A stretch of DNA of 51,845 nt, from IMG/VR virus record IMGVR_UViG_3300035670_013246, positions 1 to 51,845 of that record; one strand, 5' to 3'. Shown piece after piece: positions 48,301 to 51,845 of this stretch (the first letter of the stretch is position 1; each line of letters starts with the position of its first letter). The position numbers and the translations under genes were made by a program. The notes beneath the pieces are model-generated. The model worked only from the letters and a program-made list of their open reading frames with translations. It made no database searches and was not told where the DNA came from. This DNA is from a virus (lineage: Duplodnaviria; Caudoviricetes).

Positions 48301-49106
48301 ACGAAGCCAAAGCCCGGGTTGATGGGGATGGGGCGCTGAGCAAGCAAATCCAGACCACCCAGGCGTCGCTGGGCACGACCAATGCGGCTGTGCAGCAGGT
48401 TGCGACGGCTCAGGCGAACATGAAGGGAATGCTCAACGCCCAGTACACCCTGCGGGTGCAGGTTAATAACCAGTACGGTGTTCATCATTTCGCAGGATTT
48501 GGCATCGGAATCAACGAACAAAACGGCGTTGTTCAGTCCGCTTTTGCTGTCTATTCCGACCAGTTCATTTTGCTGAATGCGAATGGCGGTGGGCTCTCGT
48601 CACCGTTCTCTGTCGTGGGTGGTCAGACATTTATTGCTGACGCGTACATTCGGAGCGCCAGTATTGGCAACGCGAAGATCGCAGACGGTGCCATCACGGC
48701 CGCCAAGATCGGGGTGGCCGAAATTGACACGCTGCGCATCCGTGGCAACGCCGTCACGGTGCCGGTATCGGCTAATAACCCCGGGAATGTGCTCGGCGTC
48801 GGTGTAGGTCAGTGGCAAAACCTGATCGCCATCGGCGTGCAAATGGACGAGGGTGGATTCATCACTGCCCAGTACAGCTGTTATCAAGGGTTTGGCAGCG
48901 GTATCCGTAAATACATGTTCCAGATGGATATCAACGGCTTGGTGATCGCTCAAGGTGGCGGCGACTGGGCGGATGGTTTCCCCAACCTGATGGGATCGAT
49001 CGGTGTGGGTCCGGGTTACTTCGTCATCACGGTGAAGTGGTGGGGGGAGAACTCGGGGGTAGGCGTTCAGAACCACACCCTTTACGCAATGGGAACCAAA
49101 CGATGA
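39306..49106 (+). CDS. Central tail fibre / host-specificity protein J, 3266 aa with repeated modules
   Basis: Lambda J-like N-terminal ~830 aa (GAKGG...EAPDSL, LRYPNTA, FN3-like), repeated modules, and a DUF1983-like region near the C-terminus. Confidence 0.92.
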   Translation: MGPADHVAITGAKGGSSKPKTPVEAPDSLQSTNIGKILIAVGEGEFDEEPTDRDIYLDNTPIMDASGSVNFPGVRWEWRSGSIEQDYIQGIPAIENETTVNVELRSDNPFARALSNIQLSAVRVRMAWPRLAQQDSSGNTNGYRIEYAIDIATDGGAYVEAHLGAVDGKTTNGYQRSVRVNLPKATSGWMLRVRRITPNANSGTVADTMTIAGYTEIIDQKLRYPNTALLYIEFDAQQFQNIPAVTVKCKAKRWPVPTNYDPVARTYAGVWDGTFKQAWTNNPAFVTYGLCVEDRFGLGKRIKSWMVDKWEMYRIAQYCDQQVPNGQGGQEPRFLCDMNLQGRAEAWTLLRDLSAIYRGMVYWAHGSLFMQADMPRAQDIDYVFTRANVIDGEFVYGGAERNTHYSRALVSYDNPANNYDTDVIPVTDNTLQRRYRDRPVEISAIGCTRASEAQRRGKWALLSNNQDRTVTFKTGMEGRIPLPGYVIPVADELVAGRPNGGRISAAAGRVVTLDRDTPIKAGDRLILNLPNGTAQARTVQSVAGRAVTVTTAYGVQPEPELQWAIDYHDLAVQLFRVLKTTRTQEGEYEITALEFNPSKFAAIDTGAKLDERPISVIPVTTVQPPASVTLSSAHMIDQGLAVSTMTIAWPAVEGAVAYDVEWRKDNGNWVRVQRTGAASVDVVGIYAGAYLARVRAVSAFDSTSIWKSSALTQLNGKEGLPAAVTFLTTESLLFGIGIKWGFPAGAEDTQRTELWYSEGAELDKATKLADLAYPQNEHVMQGLRAGQTFYFWVRLVDRTGNVGPWYPVGGAVVSGQASADAGPILEQIAKQITETELGKELTERIDLIDKNGPGSVNERVGEVRNELNEQIAEVNSSIQSVNDSLTAARDDLQLQINAVDQDVEAAKVALQQQIAAVDQEVDAAKADLQQQINSVSVLAGSLPYNKDKAYSINQGTLGADGKLYQALKAVPKNNPPPNATYWTDVGQAIVTAAGTAARVSKVETDVTTLDGKTTAQATQLNGLQTSLTTINQNVTTAQQAAEAANTLAGGKGKVIIQAAAPAVADRLAQNLWIDTTGNANTPKRWSGSAWVAVTDKAATDAAAAAASALALAQTKADATVVNNLTLRVSDAEGKLVAEGQRLDGMQTSLDGKATSAALQQVTSRVTATEGKNATQDQQISSQSSAIVSLTDSVAKKAEVSTVQALSNVVNQQGQDLAAQGQSLVSINAALPTMGGENLVYNPSFERQTDNNGVAQAWWHDRSSNVGSSVPSLVPSKLAAGVAQRLDVTDIPTNGWARVYLRASLKAIKVRPGAVYTASVYMRGTAGLRILAQVYSRDAAGVNSVSWPGNRVDAAETWQRVSVTFTATDQTVDVWPAAVVYGGAGVTAGFIEVDQYQLEEGSQASGWRDNGQVEAGNQAATAAAVDAMSAKVTQQGADLASVSSKTTSLENSLTTTNGNVTTAQQAAQAASDAAGAKGKVLYQSTAPAVADRLAQNLWIDTTGNANTPKRWNGSTWVAVSDKVATDAAAAAASALSQVATKAEASAVNSLTNRVISAEGTLTSNSSDITQLKNSLSAAQSFVAGKAWEFTGSARGWFGTISGSTFVAGPLFATASNCPNLQCNFTPTFPGAENPYLRIRLRRRNTARAGAQMYWANEDGGLAEARRMAWTINTATTDWQDIEIDLSGHTGWTGKNILAIRLDMMSAADTTGEMDIAYIAVGRRSVAASAEAVSSLSSAVSDADGKLTSQGGSIVSLQNGLTTTNQGVTAAQQAAQAAATAAGAKGEVIYGSTAPAADKRLAQNLWIDTTGNANTPKRWSGSGWVAVSDKVATDAAAAAQSALTEVAKKADASTVQALSNVVNQHGQDLTAQGQSLTEIKVSIGQAGGENWIYNPSFEKQGSNGFAEGWAAAGASGVNTTASLVASAMAAGEIAQRIDVTGISASAWSRIGNPSARRIEVTRGTPVTMSAFVRGTPGVNVRCEIQFLNSAGVGISGVPVAANTPLTSEFARISHSVVPPQGAVRCNYFVTIYGTASINAGFMEVDRTQIEFSPVMTGWRDNGAVNSAAAAATSTAVQNLSGRVDQTESSLTAQSGAVVSLQNGLTTTNGNVTAAQQAAQAAATAAGAKGEVIYGAAAPAADKRLAQNLWIDTTGNANMPKRWSGSAWVPVTDKVATDAAAAAASALSQVANKADASAVQALTNTVSQQGQQITADGQALVSINANLSQRLDNSPTKVYQSVFSDMALDKWVSTNSGAGSTASFSNVAGNASGATLTLSGGGSNATWWGASTRKIRFDPERLYKLTVRVQQLTLGKGAPVTYAGLDGFAEDGVTRITTTGTSGVGSSHYVVINGRPQPQGEWVTHTSYVKGHTVGSETGGAGAGTVADPKRMKAGVAWISPMVIAGYSMVGGDLAVDFFTIDDVTEQAQIDSNATATSALTGRVTLTEQGLTSASGQLTELTNSIGDAGSENLVFNPSFEKVDPGTPGMADGWWYDGTASGGRTPTLVQSSLASGFAQRLDVTGLTPTTWARVYVKSVARFKPVPGKTYTASVYLRGTPGLRILPQVYGTSEAGSGLETWPGARVDATESWVRLSVTFTPGSATARIYAAFVVYGGASVSGGYIEADRYQIEEGSRVTGWRDNGQAMSAQQSATSAAVESLTSTVSQQGSTLSSVGSRTTSLENSLTTTNGNVTAAQQAAQAASDAAGAKGKVLYQSTAPAVADRLAQNLWIDTTGNANTPKRWNGSTWVAVSDKVATDAAAAAAAANALAATKADASAVNLLTNRVSNAEGVLSSQSSDITQLKNSFGTAQPFVAGKAWEFIGSTQGWVGTIAGSTFTAGPLFATASKCPNLQCNFTPAIAGAENPYLRIRLRRRNTTRAGAQMYWANEDGGLAEARRMAWTINLTTNDWQDIEFDLSGHAGWNGKNIIAIRLDMMNAVDSSGEIDVAYIAVGRRSAAASAQAVASLESNVTQQGGKLTAEGLRIDGLYTSVGDANAAIQNEAKARVDGDGALSKQIQTTQASLGTTNAAVQQVATAQANMKGMLNAQYTLRVQVNNQYGVHHFAGFGIGINEQNGVVQSAFAVYSDQFILLNANGGGLSSPFSVVGGQTFIADAYIRSASIGNAKIADGAITAAKIGVAEIDTLRIRGNAVTVPVSANNPGNVLGVGVGQWQNLIAIGVQMDEGGFITAQYSCYQGFGSGIRKYMFQMDINGLVIAQGGGDWADGFPNLMGSIGVGPGYFVITVKWWGENSGVGVQNHTLYAMGTKR
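42378..47630 (+). repeat. Five ~280-bp in-frame repeats within J
   Basis: AQQAAQAA..AAGAKG.V....AP..D.RLAQNLWIDTTGNANTPKRW.GS.WVAV.DKVATDAAAAA at ~42378, 43650, 44570, 45600 and 47341. Confidence 0.95.
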
Positions 49107-49483
49107 GCAGCATTGAGCACTATGTAGCCTATGAGACTGACGGCCGGATTGTGTTTGCCGTCAGCTGCCCGCCCGAGCACGGCAAGAAGATCATCAGGCT
49201 AAACACCGATCGCCCCTACATCCAGGTGGCCACCCCGGCACGTCCGGCCGAGCACTTTGTGTTGGGCCAGATGCTCAAGGAGCGCCCCCAGATGGGGGCG
49301 GTTATCCAGGGGCACTGGTTAAAGGGCGTGCATGAAGGTGCCGCCGTCAACATCGAGAGTGAAACCTACACCGCTGACGGCAGTGACATCGAGCTGGAAT
49401 TCTCGGCGCCGGGTACCTATCAAGTCACGGTCAGCCTTTGGCCCTACCGCGACCAGGAGTTCACCTTTGAAAATTCAGCATAA
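49103..49483 (+). CDS. Hypothetical tail-associated protein
   Basis: ATG overlaps the J stop; beta-rich C-terminus PGTYQVTV. Confidence 0.7.
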   Translation: MSSIEHYVAYETDGRIVFAVSCPPEHGKKIIRLNTDRPYIQVATPARPAEHFVLGQMLKERPQMGAVIQGHWLKGVHEGAAVNIESETYTADGSDIELEFSAPGTYQVTVSLWPYRDQEFTFENSA

Positions 49484-49637
49484 GAGCGACCACACCAAGC
49501 GCCGTGCGGCCGAGTATCCGCCGGTGGAGGAACAACTGGACATGCTGTGGCATGCCATGAATCAAGGGCATATGCCCAAAGCAGAACCGTTTTTCTCGAC
49601 CCTGCAGCAGATCAAGCAGCAATACCCCAAGGCTTGA
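49467..49637 (+). CDS. Small tail-fibre-chaperone-like protein
   Basis: TTG start after AGGAG; RAAEYPPVEEQLDMLWH...IKQQYPK pattern. Confidence 0.65.
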   Translation: MKIQHKSDHTKRRAAEYPPVEEQLDMLWHAMNQGHMPKAEPFFSTLQQIKQQYPKA

Positions 49638-49656
49638 ACCCAAGCCAACTACCCAA

Positions 49657-49684
49657 TGCCCGCCATCGAGCGGGCTTCTTTTTG
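49657..49684 (+). terminator. Intrinsic terminator
   Basis: GCCCGC-catcga-GCGGGC followed by TTCTTTTT. Confidence 0.65.
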
Positions 49685-49699
49685 TCTGGAGATTGACCC

Positions 49700-49918
49700 A
49701 TGCCTTTCGTAGCCATCAACGCAACCAACCTGTACGACGCCGCCAACCTGATTCCGTACGCCACCCAGGAGCAGGCCGACACCCGCGCCCGGGAAATCCT
49801 GCAGCAGTTCCCTGCCGCCCAGGTGCTGGTGGCCAAGGTGCTCAGCGAGTACCGGGCCACCGTGACCGTAACTGTTCAGGATCCGGCTGAGCCGGAGGCT
49901 GAAGCTCCTGCCGCCTGA
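49700..49918 (+). CDS. Hypothetical protein
   Basis: 72 aa, GGAG RBS, phage-like codon usage. Confidence 0.7.
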   Translation: MPFVAINATNLYDAANLIPYATQEQADTRAREILQQFPAAQVLVAKVLSEYRATVTVTVQDPAEPEAEAPAA

Positions 49919-49936
49919 CATAGCTGACCCCTACCA

Positions 49937-49962
49937 AGCCCGCCAAGTGCGGGTTTTTTTTT
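49937..49962 (+). terminator. Intrinsic terminator
   Basis: CCCGC-caagt-GCGGG followed by a run of T. Confidence 0.7.
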
Positions 49963-49979
49963 GCCTGGAGAAAACCCAA

Positions 49980-50411
49980 ATGCGAACATCGCAACGCGGC
50001 TTGAGCCTCATCAAGTCGTTCGAGGGCCTGCGCCTGCAGGCCTATCAGGATTCAGTAGGTGTCTGGACCATTGGCTACGGTGCTACCCGCGGCGTGAAGG
50101 CCGGCATGAAGATCAGCAAGGAGCAGGCCGAGCGCATGCTGCTGAACGACGTACAGCGCTTCGAGCCAGAAGTGCAGCGCTTGATCACTGTTCCGCTGAG
50201 CCAAAACCAGTGGGACGCCCTGATGAGCTTCACCTACAACTTGGGTGCGGCGAATCTCGAATCGTCCACGCTCCGCCAGTTGCTGAATGCTGGCAACTAC
50301 GCATCTGCTGCAGAGCAGTTCCCGCGCTGGAACAAGGCTGGCGGGCAGGTGCTGGCCGGCCTGGTCCACCGGCGGGCCGCTGAGCGAGATCTGTTCCTGG
50401 GGGCAGCGTGA
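49980..50411 (+). CDS. Endolysin, GH24 lysozyme
   Basis: FEGLRLQAYQDSVGVWTIGYGAT (E/D/T triad). Confidence 0.95.
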   Translation: MRTSQRGLSLIKSFEGLRLQAYQDSVGVWTIGYGATRGVKAGMKISKEQAERMLLNDVQRFEPEVQRLITVPLSQNQWDALMSFTYNLGAANLESSTLRQLLNAGNYASAAEQFPRWNKAGGQVLAGLVHRRAAERDLFLGAA

Positions 50412-50917
50412 ACGGCTGGGTGCTCTCTGGAGTGTTAGCGCTGTTGCTGGTGACCCACTGGGCGGCGTACGAACACGGTCGATCGGTTGAACTTGCCCAG
50501 GCTGACCAGAAATCAGCGAAACGGGACAGCGGCGACCGACTCGCCGAAGTGATTGGCGAGCGCGCGGCGCGTCTGGAAGAACACCGCAGCACAGATGCGC
50601 AACAAGAGGCGAGGGTAAAAGGCTATGAAGAAAGAAAGGTTGCTGATGCTGGCGCTGCTGACGCCGATGCTGCTGGCCAGCGGTTGCGCCACGAAGCCGG
50701 AAAGCTCGCTTCCACCGTCAGTTGCTCCGGCACGGATACCGCCGCTATCGCCCGAGGCCAGGCAGCCACCCGCGCCGCCATGGTGCTCTCCGAGCTGCTC
50801 TCACGGGCTGATGAACGAGCGGGAGAGTTGGCGCGGGCTTTTGACCGGGCACGAATAGCAGGCCAGCAGTGCGAGCGAGAGTACGACTCGTTGGTAAGGC
50901 GGGCACCGCGATCATAG
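50408..50917 (+). CDS. i-spanin (Rz-like, DUF2514)
   Basis: N-terminal TM segment, helical body, C-terminal CEREYD; follows the endolysin. Confidence 0.85.
   Translation: MNGWVLSGVLALLLVTHWAAYEHGRSVELAQADQKSAKRDSGDRLAEVIGERAARLEEHRSTDAQQEARVKGYEERKVADAGAADADAAGQRLRHEAGKLASTVSCSGTDTAAIARGQAATRAAMVLSELLSRADERAGELARAFDRARIAGQQCEREYDSLVRRAPRS
50625..50858 (+). CDS. o-spanin (Rz1-like lipoprotein) nested in Rz
   Basis: Lipobox LASGC, Pro-rich body and WCSPSC; fully embedded in the +1 frame. Confidence 0.8.
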   Translation: MKKERLLMLALLTPMLLASGCATKPESSLPPSVAPARIPPLSPEARQPPAPPWCSPSCSHGLMNERESWRGLLTGHE

Positions 50918-51013
50918 CTCTGCTTGGAGGGGCGTGACCATGCGGTAAAAAAGAAGTGAATTTTTCGCCCGCTTTGTAGCTCCATTGACGGTGATTCTAT
51001 GGAGGAGAGTCCA

Positions 51014-51298
51014 ATGGCAGAGCACAAACTTTACATAATTGAGTATGAGCTTCACGGTGATTACCGGACGTTCATCATCCGGCAGGAGCGAATGGACAAC
51101 GTTGAGGCTTGGCATTGGGCGAGTTGCGATGCCGGAGTTGGCGTAATTCCCAGGTTCGGTCAGCACAACATCAAGAAGGTCAGTCGCCCAATGGCTGAGC
51201 GCTATGGGATATCCAAGGTGCGGTGGCGCCCTAGTGGGCAAGGCCCTGAGTTTGTGGCGCCTGCGATTGATATGAAGAGGTTTTCCGCCGCTCCTTGA
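51014..51298 (+). CDS. DUF6555-like small protein
   Basis: YIIEYELHG...EAWHWASCDAGVG.IPRFG...AERYGI pattern; GGAGGAG RBS. Confidence 0.6.
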   Translation: MAEHKLYIIEYELHGDYRTFIIRQERMDNVEAWHWASCDAGVGVIPRFGQHNIKKVSRPMAERYGISKVRWRPSGQGPEFVAPAIDMKRFSAAP

Positions 51299-51431
51299 AG
51301 TCCGCAGCCCTGAGAGGGTTTGCCAGGGCGGCATCCGCCCTGGTGCTCCCAATTGATGCGGCCAAATGCCGCCATCGACCGATGATTCTGAACCTGAAAC
51401 ACTCAGAGCTTCGTCGTAGCTGGAGAACCAG

Positions 51432-51845
51432 ATGAAAGTCGACACTGATGGGCTGTCATTGTCAGGACTGACTGTATTAGTTGTCGAAGATGATGAGATT
51501 CTTCGAACATTGCTGGTAGCAATCTTGGCTGAGATGGAGGCCACGTGTGTGGGGTTCGGCAATGCCGACGACGCCCTTATTCATCTCCTTGCATCTCAGG
51601 GTTCCTGCTCTCTGATGATCGTCGACCACCATATTCCTGGTTGCATCAAGGGAATGGAGTTTATCTCCATGGCTCATGAAAAATGGCCAAGGGTCCCAGC
51701 GATTTTGACCTCCGGTTCTCCTTTGGACGTGTCGACTATCACACCACCCATCAGCTATCTTTTTAAGCCTTGGTCCATCGAGGAGCTTGTTATGACTATT
51801 AACCGGGCGCTAGCGTACGAGACGCGTGCCGGCTCTGCCGACTAA
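51432..51845 (+). CDS. Single-domain response regulator (receiver only)
   Basis: VLVVEDD, IVDHHIPG (phospho-Asp), ILTSG, FKPW. Confidence 0.88.
   Translation: MKVDTDGLSLSGLTVLVVEDDEILRTLLVAILAEMEATCVGFGNADDALIHLLASQGSCSLMIVDHHIPGCIKGMEFISMAHEKWPRVPAILTSGSPLDVSTITPPISYLFKPWSIEELVMTINRALAYETRAGSAD

Larger units (their letters stand above)
1204..51845. mobile_element. dusA-integrated lambdoid (HK97 head, lambda-type tail) prophage; right boundary not seen
   Basis: Integrase abuts the dusA 5' end. Immunity, replication, packaging, head, tail and lysis modules are present in canonical order. Whether the last two genes belong to it is unresolved. Confidence 0.93.

Noticed and set aside
50918-51845. 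Right att site / displaced dusA 5' fragment
   Set aside because: No copy of GTCCATCATCGG(C/T)GC found by inspection; it probably lies beyond the window.

Overview
GC-rich, Pseudomonas (putida-group-like) DNA. The first ~1.2 kb is host chromosome: the 5' end of transaldolase tal, then dusA. The rest is an apparently intact lambdoid siphovirus prophage inserted in the 5' end of dusA by a dusA-associated tyrosine integrase, with the phage side supplying a replacement dusA start. Gene order: integrase and PrtN-like gene; leftward early arm (two orphan methyltransferases, YejK/NdpA, Rmf/CrpP-like protein, SSB, LuxR-HTH, three small antisense cassettes); PL with operators; about 2.9 kb of cargo between PL and cI; cI/cro switch; O-like initiator and DnaC-like loader; nin-like region with a second tyrosine recombinase; Q, PR' and holin; HNH, terminase and HK97-type head; lambda-type tail with a G/GT frameshift and a 3266-aa modular J protein; endolysin and nested spanins; two downstream genes. 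The right att site is not visible. The best candidate for an undescribed system is the AT-rich three-gene operon at 13779-15195, next to a LexA-like box. It encodes a short antitoxin-like peptide, a Doc toxin, and a second Doc protein apparently fused to a HicA-like domain and its own antitoxin-like C-terminal helix. All family calls come from visual motif recognition, not database searches.
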